A stretch of 64,000 nucleotides of DNA from Acidimicrobiales bacterium (GTDB lineage: Bacteria > Actinomycetota > Acidimicrobiia > Acidimicrobiales > SZUA-35), in assembly GCA_041394285.1 (NCBI GenBank), contig JAWKIL010000013.1, forward strand, positions 66,089 to 130,088, in the 5' to 3' direction. The position numbers and the translations under genes are program-made. Under the pieces are notes generated by a model, which saw only the letters and a list, made by a program, of their open reading frames with translations, searched no databases and had not been told where the DNA came from. How positions within the stretch are numbered: the first letter of the stretch is position 1; each line of letters begins with the position of its first letter. Shown here piece after piece: positions 38,934 through 51,800 of the stretch.

Positions 38934-39773
38934 TCACCCCAACTCGGCCAGGGCCCGGCCCACCAGCACCTGGGCCAGATGGGTGCGGTACTCGGCGTCG
39001 CCGTTGAGGTCCTCCGGCGGCTGGGTGCCCTCGGCCGCCCGGGCCGCGGCGTCGGCGGCCGAGGCCCCCGAGGCCAGTGCGCTCTGCACCGCGGTGGCCA
39101 GCATCGGGGTCTGACCCATGTTGATGAGCGCCACGCCCGTGGAGCCGGCCGCCCCATTGCCGGCGCCGTTGCGGCAGGCGGCCACCCCGACGATGGCCCA
39201 GTCCTGGGCCCGCCGGTTGAACTTCTGGAACGACCACGTCGTGTCGGGCCCCTTGGGCACCCGCACCTCGGTCAGCAGCTCGTCGGGGGCCAGCGCCGTC
39301 TCCAGGAACCCGGTGAACAGATCGGAGGCGGCGATCACCCGCTCCCCTCCCGGCCCCCGGGCCACCACGGAGCCGCCCAGGGCGAGCAGGGCGGCCGGCA
39401 GGTCGGAGGCGGGGTCGCCGTGGGCCAGCGAGCCCCCGATCGTGCCCCGGTGCCGGACCTGGGGGTCGCCCACCTGGCCGGCCACGTGGGCCAGCAGCCC
39501 GGCCTGGGATTTCACCAGATCGCTGGCCTCCACCTCGCAATGGCGGGTGAGGGCGCCGATGGCGAGGTGATCGCCCCCGTCCCGCACGTAGCTGAGATCC
39601 GACAGCCGGCTGATGTCCACCACCACCGACGGCGTGGCCAGCCGGAACCGCATCAGCGGGATCAGGCTGTGGCCGCCGGCCATCAGCTTGGCCTCGTCGC
39701 CGTGCTCGGTCAGGGCGGCGATGGCGGCCTCGGCCGAGGCCGCCTCCACGTAGTCGAACGATGCGGGGATCAC
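38934..39773 (-). CDS. FAD-binding medium subunit of xanthine dehydrogenase/CODH family (CoxM-like)
   Basis: KLMAGGHSLIPLMRFR ... RHRGTIGGSLAHGDP. The GTG start overlaps the large-subunit stop (GTGA). Confidence 0.9.
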   Translation of the reverse strand: MIPASFDYVEAASAEAAIAALTEHGDEAKLMAGGHSLIPLMRFRLATPSVVVDISRLSDLSYVRDGGDHLAIGALTRHCEVEASDLVKSQAGLLAHVAGQVGDPQVRHRGTIGGSLAHGDPASDLPAALLALGGSVVARGPGGERVIAASDLFTGFLETALAPDELLTEVRVPKGPDTTWSFQKFNRRAQDWAIVGVAACRNGAGNGAAGSTGVALINMGQTPMLATAVQSALASGASAADAAARAAEGTQPPEDLNGDAEYRTHLAQVLVGRALAELG

Positions 39774-42126
39774 TGGTTCGCCTCCTGGATGGCCTTCCAC
39801 ACCCGGCGGGGGGTCGCCGGCATCTCGATGTCGGTGATGCCGTGCGGGCTGAGGGCGTCGCACACGGCGTTGATGACGGCGGCGGCGGAGCCGATGGTGC
39901 CGGCCTCGCCCACGCCCTTCACCCCCAGCGGGTTGGCCGGGCTGGGGGTGACGGTGAAGGCCGTCTCGAAGCTCGGCATCTCGGCCGCCGAGGGCACGAG
40001 GTAGTCGAGCAGCGACGGGTTGCGCAGGTTGCCGTCGGCGTCCCAGGCTGCGTCCTCCCACAGGGCCTGGGCCACGCCCTGCACGATGCCGCCGTGGATC
40101 TGGCCCTCCACGATGAGGGGGTTGATCTGGTTGCCGCAGTCGTCGACGGCCACGTAGCGCAGGAGGTCCACCTGGCCCGTGGTCTCGTCGACCTCCACCA
40201 CGGCCACGTGGGTGCCGAAGGGGAAGGCGAAGTTCGACGGGTCGAACGTCATCTGCTCCTGCAGGTTGGGCTCCATCCCGTCGGGCAGGTTGTGGGCCAG
40301 GAAGGCGCCGAAGGCGATGGCCTGGATGGGCATCGTCTTGTCGGGCGACCCCTTGACGGTGAAGGCGCCCTCGGCGAACTCCAGGTCCTCCGGGTTGGCC
40401 TCCATCTGGTGGGCGGCGATCAGGCGGGCCTTGTCGATCACCTTGTCGCAGGCCATGGCGATGGCCACGCCGCCCACGGCCAGCGAGCGCGACCCGTAGG
40501 TGTCGAGGCCGAGCGGGCTGATGGCGGTGTCGGAGTGCAGCACGGTGACGTCGGCCGGGTCGATCCCCAGCTTGTCGGCCACGATCATCGACCACGACGT
40601 CTCGTGGCCCTGACCGTGCGGTGTCGATCCCGACACCACCTCGGCCTTGCCTGTGGGCAGGAGGCGGACCACGGCGTGCTCCCAGCCGCCGGAGCCGAAC
40701 CCGAGGCCGCCCAGGGCCCGGCTGGGGGCCAGGCCGCAGATCTCCACGTAGGTGCACAGGCCGATACCGAGCTGCTTCGACTCGCCGGCGGCCCGGCGCC
40801 GGGCCTGTTCGGCCCGCAGGTCGGCGTAGCCCGCCTTGTCCAGGGCCAGATCGAGGCTGGGGCCGTAGTGGCCCGAGTCGAACACCAGCGTGCTGGGCAC
40901 GGCCAGGTTCTCGAACTTCTCCCCGCCGGCCAGGTAGTTGCGGCGCCGGATCTCGTCGGGTCCCACCCCCACCTTGGCCGCCAGGATGTCCATGGCCCGC
41001 TCGATGGCGTAGGACGCCTCGGGCCGGCCGGCGCCCCGGTAGGCGTCGGTGGGGGTCATGTTGGTGAACCAGCCGTCGCAGGTGAACCCGAAGGCGGGCA
41101 CGGCGTAGACGCCGGTGTAGAGGAAGCTGCCCAGCAGGGGCACGCCGGGGGTGACCAGCATCATGTAGGCCCCCATGTCGGCGTCGAGGTGCACCCGGAC
41201 GCCGAGGAGCTTGCCGTCGGCGTCGGCCGCCAGCTCGATCCGCTGCAGCTGACCCCGGCCCTGGTGGGTTGAGAACGCCGCCTCGGAGCGGGTCTCGGTC
41301 CACCGCACGGGACGCCCCAGCTTGTGGGCCAGGGTGAGGGCGAGGGACTCGTCGGGGTTGATGTTGAGCTTGGCCCCGAACCCGCCGCCCACGGCGGGGG
41401 CGATGGCCCGGATCTTCGACTCGGGGATGCCGGTGGTGGCGGCCAGCAGGATCTTGAGGAAGTGGGGTACCTGGCTGGAGGAGTACAGGGTCACGTCGCC
41501 CCCGGCCACGCCGGGCACCGCCAGCACACCGCGGGGCTCCATCGGGGTGGGGATGAGGCGCTGCTGGGTGAACTCCGCCGTCACGTGATGGGTGGCGGCG
41601 GCGAAGGCGGCGTCGAGGGCCGCCGGGTCGGGCACCAGGGCCCAGGTGTAGGACTTGTTGGAGGCCAGCTCGCTATGGGCCTTGGCCCCATCGGTGCGGG
41701 CCTCGGCGATGGAGGCCACGGCGGGCAGGGGCCCGTAGCTCACCTCCACCTGCTCGGCGGCATCGGTGGCCTGGGCCCGGGTGTCGGCCAGCACCACGGC
41801 GATGATCTCGCCCACGTGGTGGACCTCGCCGGTGGCCACCGGGTAGTGGGCCGGGTTCACCATGTCCGGGGTGACGGGCCAGGCGCAGGGCAGCGGGGCG
41901 GCCCACAGGCCCATGTCCATCAGCTGCGCCCCGGTGTAGACGGCGTGGACGCCGGGCATGGCGGCGGCGGCCGAGGTGTCGACGCCATCGATCGTGGCGT
42001 GGGCCATGGTGGAGCGCACCATGCCCATCCACAGCTCGCCGGGGGCGTGGATGTCGTCGACGTACTTTCCCTCGCCGGTGAGGAGCTTGGGGTCTTCCTT
42101 GCGCTTCAGGGGGGTGCCGACAACCG

Positions 42127-42130
<4 letters not shown>
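39770..42130 (-). CDS. molybdopterin large subunit, form II CoxL-like
   Basis: [23 protein letters not shown]-terminus. The active-site loop reads AYRGAGR (form II signature), not VAYRCSFR. The ATG overlaps the small-subunit stop (ATGA). Confidence 0.9.
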
Positions 42131-42618
<488 letters not shown>

Positions 42619-42759
42619 CGTGGCTCCTTGTTCCGGTCTGTGACACTTCGCTGAGCGTCTGAACTCTGCCACACCGGGGCCCCACCTGCTTGCTGGCCGG
42701 ACGGCTCGCGCCCTCGCCGGTGCCCAGCTCACGGCAGGTCGGCCCGGTAGTCTCGGCCC

Positions 42760-43503
42760 ATGGAAGTTACGATCCGCCAGCAACCAGCGTTCGCCGTCGC
42801 CCGGCTGATGATGGGCCCCAACGAACGGGTCCGGGCCGAGTCGGGCGCCCTCATGGCCACCATCCCCACCGTGGCGGTGGAGGCACGGGCCGAGGGTGGG
42901 ATCATGAAGTCGCTCAAGCGCGCCGCGCTGGGCGGTGAGTCGTTCTTCATCACGACCTACACGGCCCCGCCCGAGGGCGGCTGGATCGACGTGGCCGCCT
43001 TCCTCCCCGGCGACCTCAACGTGGTGGAGGTCCAGCCCGGCCAGGCCTGGTTCGTGCAGAAGGGGTCGTGGCTGGCCAGCGCCGGGAGCGTCACCATGGA
43101 CACCAAGTGGGGTGGCTTCAAGAACCTGTTCGGATCGGAGGGGGGCTTCATCCTGCGGGCCGAGGGCCAGGGGCCGATGGTGGTGTCGGCCTACGGGGCG
43201 GTGGAGGCGTGGGATCTCCAGCCGGGCCAGACCGTCACCCTCGACACGGGCCACATGGTGGCCTACACCGAGGGCATGGGGATGCAGCTGCGCAAGGTCA
43301 CGGGCGGGCTGGTGCAGACGTTCAAGAGCGGCGAGGGCCTGGTGTTCGACTTCACCGGCCCCGGCCGGCTGCTGATCCAGACCCGCAACCCCACCGAGTT
43401 CCTGGGCTTCATCCAGGCTGCGGTGGGCACCGGCAACTCGGGATCCGCCGGCGGCGCCGCCCCCGGCGGCGCCGCCCTGGGCGGCCTGTTCGGCCGGGAC
43501 TGA
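42760..43503 (+). CDS. AIM24/TIGR00266-family protein (DUF124)
   Basis: Pattern GESFFITTY...GSWLAS...[11 protein letters not shown]...[10 protein letters not shown]...[20 protein letters not shown] with a Gly/Ala-rich tail. Confidence 0.8.
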   Translation: MEVTIRQQPAFAVARLMMGPNERVRAESGALMATIPTVAVEARAEGGIMKSLKRAALGGESFFITTYTAPPEGGWIDVAAFLPGDLNVVEVQPGQAWFVQKGSWLASAGSVTMDTKWGGFKNLFGSEGGFILRAEGQGPMVVSAYGAVEAWDLQPGQTVTLDTGHMVAYTEGMGMQLRKVTGGLVQTFKSGEGLVFDFTGPGRLLIQTRNPTEFLGFIQAAVGTGNSGSAGGAAPGGAALGGLFGRD

Positions 43504-43518
43504 GTGTCTGTCCCCTGG

Positions 43519-43567
43519 CGATCTGTGGCGCCTGCGCGCAAAATGCAGCGCCGGGCGCCACAGATCG
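43519..43567. repeat. intergenic inverted-repeat element (CTGTGGCG...CGCCACAG type), copy B; possible bidirectional terminator
   Basis: 14-bp perfect arms CGATCTGTGGCGCC / GGCGCCACAGATCG with a 21-nt loop, lying between convergent genes. Related to 23203-23246. Confidence 0.8.
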
Positions 43568-43568
43568 G

Positions 43569-44054
43569 CTACCGGTTGCGGGCCTGGTGCTCGCGATCGG
43601 CCCGCTTGCCCCGGTAGACCCGCATGTCGATGGCCCGCCACACCTCGGGTGTGAGGCGGATCAACAGCCGGGGCTCGGTCATCATGTTGGCCACGAAGGC
43701 GTCGACGGCCGCGGCGTTGGCCGGATCGTTGCGACCGATGTACTTCTCGGCCAGGCGCCGGCTCATCGGCCAGATGTCGAACCCGGGCGGGGCCAGCACC
43801 TCGGCCGTGCCGTCGATCCCGACGTGGGCCGCCACCGGCGCCATGGCCTCCACACACAGCGACACCCGGGGGTCGGCCATGATCTGGCGGCACCACACCC
43901 GGGAGACGGTGCCCGAGATCCACACGTGGGTGCCGTCCCACAGGTGCCACACCGGCACGGTGTAGGGGCGCCCGTCCCGGCGCAGGCTGGCGATCACCCC
44001 CACGTGGGGCTCGGCCAGGAACTCCTCGGTGTCCTCGGTGCTCATGCGGGGCAT
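43569..44054 (-). CDS. pyridoxamine 5'-phosphate oxidase family (PPOX/F420-type) protein
   Basis: [30 protein letters not shown] ... split-barrel family pattern. Confidence 0.75.
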   Translation of the reverse strand: MPRMSTEDTEEFLAEPHVGVIASLRRDGRPYTVPVWHLWDGTHVWISGTVSRVWCRQIMADPRVSLCVEAMAPVAAHVGIDGTAEVLAPPGFDIWPMSRRLAEKYIGRNDPANAAAVDAFVANMMTEPRLLIRLTPEVWRAIDMRVYRGKRADREHQARNR

Positions 44055-44180
44055 GGACGGAGCCTAGGTCGTCGGCCAACGGCGATAGGGACGGCCGGGA
44101 AACCGGGTTGCCGGGCGGAAGGGCGGCGGCCGGGCGGAAACCCGGGAGACCGGGTCGGAGCGACTCGTCATACTGGGCCG

Positions 44181-45281
44181 ATGACGGCCTCTCCCTCCCT
44201 CTCGTCCTCTCTTCGGCGCGCCGCCGGCGCAGACCAGACCGGGGCCGCCGCCGTGATCGCCGTGGCCGACCTACGCCGCACGTTCAGCGCCGGCCGCCGC
44301 CGGAACCGGCGCACGATCGAGGCGGTGCGGGGCGTCACCTTCACGGTGGAGCCGGGCGAACGGCTGGCCTTCATCGGCCCCAACGGCGCGGGCAAGTCGA
44401 CCTCGATCAAGATGCTGACCGGCCTCCTGCGACCCTCGGCCGGCACCGTCCGGGTGCTGGGCCTCGAGCCGTGGAGCGAGCGGCGGGCGCTGAGCCGCCG
44501 GATCGGCACGCTGTTCGGGCAGCGGTCCCTGCTGTGGGGCGAGCTGCCGGCCCGCACCTCGCTGGCCACGCTGGGCGCCATCCACGGCATCGACCGCAGC
44601 GGGCTGGGGCGACGCATCGACGAGCTGGGCGAGCTGCTGGAGGCGACCCACCTGTTCGACCAGGCCGTGCGCACCCTGTCGCTGGGCCAGCGCATGCGGT
44701 GCGAGCTGGCCGCAGCCCTCCTCCACCGGCCCCAGCTGCTGTTCCTCGACGAGCCCACGATCGGTCTCGATCTCCTGGCCAAGCAGCGGTTCCGGGAGGT
44801 GCTGGTGCGGCTCAACACCGAGCACGGCACCACCGTGTTCCTCACCAGCCATGACGTGGCCGACGTGGAGCACGTGGCCGCCCGGGCCGTCATCGTCAAC
44901 CACGGCACCGTGATCCACGACTCCCCCGTCGCAGCGCTGCGCCGCAACCTGCTGACCGCCAAACGGATCGAGGTGGGCCTGGCCCGCGCCCTGACGGTGC
45001 CCGAGGCCCGGGCGGCCCTGGGGCCCGACATCGGCCCCGTGACCCCGCTCGGGTCGGCCCCTGGCCGCGGCGAGGAGGCACCGGTGGACGGGATCGCCAT
45101 CGACGTCGACACCCGCCGGCAGGCCATCGGTGAGGTGCTGGACCGGGTCCTGCAGCGCCTGGCGGTGGCCGACGTGTCGGTGGCCGATCCCCCGCTGGAG
45201 ACCGTCATCGGGGAGATCTACGCCCGGCCGGCCGCCACCCCGGCCGCCGGACCCGGGCCGCACGCAGGCGGTGCGCCATGA
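44181..45281 (+). CDS. ABC transporter ATP-binding protein
   Basis: Walker [10 protein letters not shown], signature LSLGQRMR, Walker B LLFLDEPT, with a C-terminal extra domain. Confidence 0.9.
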   Translation: MTASPSLSSSLRRAAGADQTGAAAVIAVADLRRTFSAGRRRNRRTIEAVRGVTFTVEPGERLAFIGPNGAGKSTSIKMLTGLLRPSAGTVRVLGLEPWSERRALSRRIGTLFGQRSLLWGELPARTSLATLGAIHGIDRSGLGRRIDELGELLEATHLFDQAVRTLSLGQRMRCELAAALLHRPQLLFLDEPTIGLDLLAKQRFREVLVRLNTEHGTTVFLTSHDVADVEHVAARAVIVNHGTVIHDSPVAALRRNLLTAKRIEVGLARALTVPEARAALGPDIGPVTPLGSAPGRGEEAPVDGIAIDVDTRRQAIGEVLDRVLQRLAVADVSVADPPLETVIGEIYARPAATPAAGPGPHAGGAP

Positions 45282-46108
45282 CGGCATCGACGATCACCGC
45301 CCCGGGCCGGGCCGACCACGCCCGCGATCTGGGGGCCGCCTACGCCCGGGTGGCGCACGCCGCGGCCCGTGCCACCCGCGCCCAACCCGCCGCCCTGGCC
45401 CACACCGGGATCCACTACCTGATCGTGGCGGTGGCCATCAGCTCGCTGTGGACCCGGGCCGCCAGCGGCCACGGGGGCACCATCGTCGGCTACCGGGCCG
45501 ACGCGCTGGTCTGGTACCTGGCCGCCACCGAGGTCACCGCCATCGCGCCGCCGCTGCGGCTCATCGACCGGTTGGGAGCCGACGTGGCCACCGGCCGCTT
45601 CGAGCTCGAGCTGCTTCGCCCGGCGCCCGCGGTGTGGATCCGGGTGGCGGCCGAGTTGGGCACGGCGATGCCCCGCACGGCGGTGTGCACCGCCCTCGGT
45701 GCCGGCCTCGCCCTGGGGGTGGGCGGTGCACCGGCGTCGCTCGCCGCGCTGGCCCTGGCCGGCCCGGCGCTCCTGTTCGGCGTCGCCCTCACCGTGGTGG
45801 CCCAGCACCTGCTGGCCGCCGCCTCGTTCTGGCTGCGCGATTCCCGCGCCAGCTGGTTCCTCTACCAGAAGCTGCAGTTCACCCTCGGCGGCCTGGTGCT
45901 GCCCCTGGAGGTCCTGCCCGGGGGCATGGGTCGGGTGGCCCGGTTCACGCCGTTCGCCGCCATGTCCTACGCCCCCGGCCGGCTGGCCTCGGGGCATCTC
46001 GAACCGGGCTGGCTGCTGGCCCAGATCGGCTGGTTGGCGGTGCTGGGTCTCGTCACCGCCCGGGTGTTCGCCGCCGGCGAGCGCCATCTCGGCGGCGGTG
46101 AACCATGA
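45278..46108 (+). CDS. ABC-2 family transporter permease
   Basis: Polytopic membrane ORF with an ATGA overlap to the ATPase gene. Confidence 0.7.
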   Translation: MTASTITAPGRADHARDLGAAYARVAHAAARATRAQPAALAHTGIHYLIVAVAISSLWTRAASGHGGTIVGYRADALVWYLAATEVTAIAPPLRLIDRLGADVATGRFELELLRPAPAVWIRVAAELGTAMPRTAVCTALGAGLALGVGGAPASLAALALAGPALLFGVALTVVAQHLLAAASFWLRDSRASWFLYQKLQFTLGGLVLPLEVLPGGMGRVARFTPFAAMSYAPGRLASGHLEPGWLLAQIGWLAVLGLVTARVFAAGERHLGGGEP

Positions 46109-46911
46109 GGACACAGAGACGCCGGCGGGCCATCGTTGCCGCGCTCCGGGGCCTGGGCGCCGTGTGGCGCACCGCCTGGGCCGAGGCGCTGGCCAACCGG
46201 CGCAGCTTCGTGGTCCAGATGACCGTCATGATGGTGAACGACCTGGTGTGGATCTTCTTCTGGCAGGTGTTCTTCCGCCGGGTGGGGTCCGTCCGGGGCT
46301 GGACGGTCGACGACATGATGGTCCTCTACGCCATCCTCGCCCTGGCCGCCGGGCTGGTGCTGGGAGCCCTGGCCAACCTCCGGTGGCTGGGACCGCTGGT
46401 GGCCAACGGCGACCTCGACAGCGCCCTGGCCCTTCCCGTCGATCCGCTGGGCTTCCTGGCCCTGCGCCAGGTGAGCCCGGTGAACGTGGGCGACCTGGTC
46501 TTCGGGATCGGCCTGTTCCTGTGGCTCGGCCATCCGACACCGGCCCGGTTGGCCTTGTTGGCGGTGGCGACGGCGGCGTCGGTCGCCGTCCTGGCCGGCT
46601 TCCTGGCGCTCCTCGGCTCCCTGGCCTTCCTGCCCGGGACGGCCGGCGCCGGCGAGCTCGGGCTCAGCGCCGTCATCGTGTTCTCGTCGTACCCGACCGA
46701 CCTGTTCGGCGGGGCTCTGCGCCTGGCCCTGTTCGCTGTGGTGCCGGCGGCGCTGGTGGGGTCGCTACCGGCCGAGCTGGTGCAGCACCCGTCGCCAGCC
46801 GGCCTGGCCGGCCTGGCCGGCGGGGCGGCGGCCTTCGCCGGAGCGGGTTGGCTCAGCTTCCGGCTGGGCCTGCGCCGCTACACCAGCGGCGCAGCCTGGA
46901 CCGCCCTCTGA
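46105..46911 (+). CDS. ABC-2 family transporter permease
   Basis: Polytopic membrane ORF with an ATGA overlap to the previous permease. Confidence 0.7.
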   Translation: MRTQRRRRAIVAALRGLGAVWRTAWAEALANRRSFVVQMTVMMVNDLVWIFFWQVFFRRVGSVRGWTVDDMMVLYAILALAAGLVLGALANLRWLGPLVANGDLDSALALPVDPLGFLALRQVSPVNVGDLVFGIGLFLWLGHPTPARLALLAVATAASVAVLAGFLALLGSLAFLPGTAGAGELGLSAVIVFSSYPTDLFGGALRLALFAVVPAALVGSLPAELVQHPSPAGLAGLAGGAAAFAGAGWLSFRLGLRRYTSGAAWTAL

Positions 46912-46927
46912 CCGGCGGCGGCTTGTC

Positions 46928-47596
46928 CTACTTCGAGGCGGTGGCGGTGGCCGCCACCTGCTGCCAGGCCTGCTCGATGCTGTCCTTGCCCAGCTCGCCC
47001 GAGGTCCGGAACAGCACCTTGTTCTCGGGGTCGAGGTAGACGGCGAAGGGGAAGCCGCCGCCGCCGTAGGTGACGAGGGCGGTGTTGGCCTCGTCGTCGG
47101 CGGCCAGGGTGGCGTCGAGCTTGACCTTGCTCTTGAGCCAGGCCTGGGGCGGGTAGTTGCCGGCCTCGGCGTTCACCGACGTGGACACGGCGTAGATGTC
47201 GAGATCGGCCGGCTTCTTGCCCTCGCTGATCAGCTCCTGCAGGAGGGGCACCTCGGCCTGGCAGTGGGGGCACCAGTGGGCCACGAAGTACACGATCTTG
47301 GCCCGGCCGTCGTTGGTGATCGACACCGGGTTGCCGTCGAAGTCCGTGAGGGCCAGGTCGGGGGCCACCTGACCGACGGCCTGGTCGTTGCCGGCGTTGG
47401 ACACGCCGACGTCCTGGGGCATCGGGGGCAGCGCGTCACCGGTGACGGTGACGGTCTTGCCGATGGGCTCGCCGCTGATGGCCGAGTCCCGCCCGGTGGC
47501 GAGGAAGGCGACCCCGGCGAGGCCGACGATGATCACCGCCACCACGGCCAGAATGAAGCCCTTGCTCGACGATTGGTTGGGGGCGGTGGTGGTCAT
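46928..47596 (-). CDS. TlpA/ResA-like membrane-anchored thioredoxin-fold protein
   Basis: N-terminal TM and active site WCPHC. ATG 47596 is preceded by GGGAGGA and overlaps the dsbB-like stop (ATGA). Confidence 0.85.
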   Translation of the reverse strand: MTTTAPNQSSSKGFILAVVAVIIVGLAGVAFLATGRDSAISGEPIGKTVTVTGDALPPMPQDVGVSNAGNDQAVGQVAPDLALTDFDGNPVSITNDGRAKIVYFVAHWCPHCQAEVPLLQELISEGKKPADLDIYAVSTSVNAEAGNYPPQAWLKSKVKLDATLAADDEANTALVTYGGGGFPFAVYLDPENKVLFRTSGELGKDSIEQAWQQVAATATASK

Positions 47597-48123
47597 GACG
47601 TCCTCCCGAACAGGTGCAGAGACACCAGCGTAATGATTCCGACGAACCCGATCCCGGCCAGGGTCGGGATGGTGACAAACCCGAAGTGCTCGAACCACTT
47701 GTAGGAGCAGGGGTTGGCGATCTCGCACACCCCGCCCAGGCTCGTGCCCGTCGCTTCCTCGATGCGGTGGAAGATCGACACCGGCAGACCCAGGACGGCC
47801 AGCACCAGGCCGGCCGCCGCCACCGCCCGGCGCCGGGTGACCAGCGCCGCCACCAGCACCAACGCCGCCGGGTACATGAAGCCCCGCTGGATCCAGCACA
47901 AGCGGCAGGGGGCGAAGTTGGCGACCTCGGACATGAACAGCGAGCCGGCAACGCACACCACGGCCACCAGGGTGGCCAGCTCGAGCGACACCGGCTGTAC
48001 CAGCCTCACCAGGCCCAGGCGGCCCTGGCGGTCGAGCAGCAGCGACAGCCACAGGCCGATGACGAGCGCGCCCAGTGCCAGCCCCAGCATGGAGAAGAAG
48101 AGGGTCTCGCGCTCGTAGGCCAT
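47593..48123 (-). CDS. disulfide bond formation protein B family (DsbB/BdbC-like)
   Basis: Four TM segments. First-loop CRLC (CxxC) and a second Cys pair (C...C in GGVCEIANPC). Confidence 0.8.
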   Translation of the reverse strand: MAYERETLFFSMLGLALGALVIGLWLSLLLDRQGRLGLVRLVQPVSLELATLVAVVCVAGSLFMSEVANFAPCRLCWIQRGFMYPAALVLVAALVTRRRAVAAAGLVLAVLGLPVSIFHRIEEATGTSLGGVCEIANPCSYKWFEHFGFVTIPTLAGIGFVGIITLVSLHLFGRTS

Positions 48124-48201
48124 CGGGACGGAACGATACCGGGCAGGGGCGAAAGCCCGGTTAAGCCCTGGGCGGCGCTGTGGGCCCGGCGTTCGGTGCG
48201 G

Positions 48202-48831
48202 TCAGACCCGCTGCTCCCGGTCGGCACCCGGGGTGAGCCAGGGAGCGAGGCCGAACCCGATGGCTCCCGCCACCACGTGACCCACGCCGGTCACGTCCGG
48301 GTGGCGGGCCAAGCCGGCGGCGCACACCACGACCAGGACCGCCGCCCACCATCGACGGGTCCCGGCCGGCGCCAGCCCGGTTCCCACGGCGGCGACGGCG
48401 ATCGTGCCGTAGCTCCATCCCACGTCGACGACCCGGCTCAGCGACCGGTCGGCCCGACCGGTCTCGATGGCCAGCCACAGCCCGGCCGCCGTGATCAGGG
48501 TGGCCCCGGCGTGGCCGCCCACGAAGGCGATCAGCCACCGTCCCGTCCCCAACCGCCGCTCCACCGGCCCCAGCACCAGGACGGCGGCCACGAGGAACAT
48601 CAGATACCCCCGCCAGCCGCCCGGATCGGCCCACATGGCGCTGGCCACCAGGACCGTCAGCGGTTGGCGGGCCAGGCCGTGCAGGTTCGTGCTGGCCGTG
48701 CGCAGCGCGGCCAGGGCCAGGCGGTCGTCGGCGGCGCTGGCCCACAGGGTGGTGACGGCCACGATGGCGGCGTAGGTCTGGGTGGCGCGGGGCTCCCAGG
48801 GCCGTCCGACCCAGGCCGCCACGGCGTTCAC
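48202..48831 (-). CDS. polytopic membrane protein, possibly rhomboid-like
   Basis: GTG 48831 overlaps the upstream stop (GTGA). GWSYG and GHVVAGAIG motifs within TM segments are loosely reminiscent of rhomboid Ser and His motifs. Family call is tentative. Confidence 0.45.
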   Translation of the reverse strand: MNAVAAWVGRPWEPRATQTYAAIVAVTTLWASAADDRLALAALRTASTNLHGLARQPLTVLVASAMWADPGGWRGYLMFLVAAVLVLGPVERRLGTGRWLIAFVGGHAGATLITAAGLWLAIETGRADRSLSRVVDVGWSYGTIAVAAVGTGLAPAGTRRWWAAVLVVVCAAGLARHPDVTGVGHVVAGAIGFGLAPWLTPGADREQRV

Positions 48832-51800
48832 CGGGGACCGTCGGGCGCCGCCCGGAGGAAACGGCCGATCAGGGGCAGCTCCCACAGCGACTCGGCCCGG
48901 GCGACGGCCAGCGCCGATGTCACGAGGTGCTCGGGGCTGTCGACCACCAGCCAGCGGGGTACCCAGATGGGGTCGTACTTGGCGTTGAACCGCCACAGGC
49001 TCTCGATCTGCATGCTGTCGCCCAGCCGGCGCAGCACCCAGCGCTGGCGCCGGCTGAGCCAGGAGTCGGGGGTGTCGCCGGCCAGCACGGCCCGCATGGC
49101 GGCGAAGTTGAGCCCGAGGGCCCGCTCCCCGGTTGCCTGCAGGTGGAGGATGGTGGCGATGACCACCCGGTCCGTCACCCCGTTGGGCAGGGGGCCGGCG
49201 GCCCGCCGCATCAGGTCGAGCGACCAGCCGCCGATGCCCGGTGCCGGCACGAACTGGCAGAACGCCTGCACCGCGCCGGCGCCGTCGCGGGCCACCGCCA
49301 CCAGGAGCTCGTCGTCGCGGGGATCGAGGAGTCGGGACAGCGTCATCGAGTAGCCCCGCTCCACATCGCCCCGGCGGCTCTGGCCGGCGACGGCCCGCAG
49401 CTCGTCGGCCGTCTCGGCGTCGAGATCACCCGACCGGTGCACGCTGACCTGGAAGCCGGCCCGGTCCATCCGGCTCACGATCTGGCGCAGATGCTTGTTG
49501 CGGGGCCCGTCGAGGGAGAAGCGGGTGACGTCCACCACCGCCTCGTCGCCGGCGTAGATCGAACGCATGCCCGACTCGTGGTACGTGGCCAACCACTCCT
49601 CCCCCGCCCCCAGGACGGCCACGGCCCAGCCCCGGTCGGCGGCGAAGCGACGGAAGGCGGCCCAGGCCCGGGCCCGCTCGTCGGGTGGGCCCACGGGGTC
49701 GGGCGACACCAGGGCCACCCCACAGCTCACCCGGTAGGCCACCACGGTCTCGCCGGTGACGAACCAGGTCTTGTCGTCGCGCAGCGCGAACCAGTCGAGC
49801 GTGCCCCGACCGTGACGGCGAACGAGCTGCCACACCCGCTCGACCGCGGCCGGGTCGGGCCCGGGGCCGGGCCGGGCCGGCCGGAGGGCCAGCCAGCCGG
49901 CGTAGGCCACGGTGGCCAGACCCATGCCCGACACCGCCGCGCTCACCGGCCGCCAGCGCCGGGTCAGGGGAGCCCGCCCCAGTCCCAGGGCCCGCTGGGC
50001 GAAGTCGGTGACCAGCGCCCCCACCCCGACGTGACCGACCGCCGCCACGGCCAGAGCCGACGCCACGGTGGCGCCGGCCAGGGCGCTGAGCACGGCCAGG
50101 GCCCGACGGCCGGCCACCCGGTCGCCGGCCACCTGGAAGCTCCGGCGCCACCCGGCCAGCAGCACCCCCACACCGAGGGCGGCGGCCGCCTCCTCCACGT
50201 CGAGCCCCTTGCCCACGTTGGCCAGGGCCGACACGGCGAGGAGGGCCAGAGCGGCCACCCAGGCCCGCCGCTGGCCCCGACGCAGGCCGGCGGCCAGGGT
50301 CAGGAGGCCGGCGCCGGCCGCGGCCGTGGCCAGCGACGCCGTCGACGGCACCAGTGGGGGCAGGATCCGCAGGAGCTGGCCGGCGCGGGGACGCAGCGGC
50401 GGGGTGAGAGCCGAGGCCAGGTCGAGCAGGCCGACGACGGCCACGGCACCGGCCGCCAGGCGCCGATGGCGGCCCGAGCGGTCCGGTGTGAGGGCCGGCG
50501 GCCAGCGGCGATGGGGCTCGAGCGCGGCCACCTTCACGGGCCGCGACGGCGCCGGGCGGCGGGTCCGGCCCGCTCGCCGCTCCAGGCGCCCCGGGGCGGG
50601 CGACGGCGTCTCGCCCAGCCACAGCTCCACGGTGAGCTCGGGGCCCGCCCCCAGCTCGAGCCAGCTCACCTGGTTCACCCGTTCGAACACCGGGGGCAGG
50701 CCGGCCCGGGCCGGGACCGGGCGCACCACCATGGCGCCGCAACCGGGGTTGGCGTAGAACAGCCGGGGCCCGGAGCCCGCCGTGGCCGAACGGGTACCGG
50801 GAGCGGCCTGGGGGTCGCACCGAGCCACGCCCAGATCGACCAGCTCGGCCTGGTGGGTGTGGCCGGTGATCAGGCCCCGGTACCCGCTGGCGGCCAGCGT
50901 CACGGCCCGGCGCCGGGCGGCGGCGTTGGGGTCGCTCCGGCCGGCGTCGACCCCGCCGCCGGCCAGACCGGCCAGCACCAGGCCGACCCCGATGGCGTAG
51001 AGGAGAACGGCGGCCCCCAGTGGCAGGCGGAGGTCGAGGGCCCGGCGCCCCAGGCGGGCCGGAGCCGGACCGAGCGGCGTGAGCACGTAGGGCAGCAGCC
51101 AGGCGGCGGCGGCCATTGCCCCCGGTACCAGCACCCACCCCAGTCGGCGGGCCAGGCGGCGGTAGAACAAGCGGGAGGCGACGTAGGCGGCGAACAGCCC
51201 GGGCTGCGTCAGGCCGGCCACGTCGTCGAGCCAGCCGTCGTCGCCGGCGAGGGCCAGGGCCGGCACCAGCTCCCGGGCCCCATGGAGCCCGAGCGGACGG
51301 TCGCCGGGGCGGGCGGGGTCGGTAGAGGCGTTGAACGGTTCGAGCTGGTGGCCGTGCTCCACCCGGACCAGGGCCGGGCCCTGCCCGGTGGCGATGTCGA
51401 GGTCCACCGCCGCCACCACCGTGATTCCGGCACCCGCGCCCGGGCCGGGGTCCAGCGCGCCGGTCGCCTCGGCCCGCCGCGAGGGGCACCACCCCAGCTC
51501 ATCGTCGCGGTTCCCCACCACCAGCGCCACCTGCCGATCGGGGGCGGCGGCGAAGGCCCGGATCGCCTCGACCAGCCGGGGATGGGCCCGGAGCGCCTTG
51601 GCCGGGCTGTTGTTGGGTTCCGACCACAGCTCGAACACGTCACCCGCCAGCACCAGGGCGGCGGGGCCGGTGACGGCATCCAGCCGGCGCGCCAGCTCGG
51701 CGGCCGCCGCCCCGCTGGCGGTCGACGGCACCGCCCCCAGATGCAGGTCGCTGGCCACCACCACCCGGCCGCCGGCCGGGACGGCCAGCACGGGCGGCGA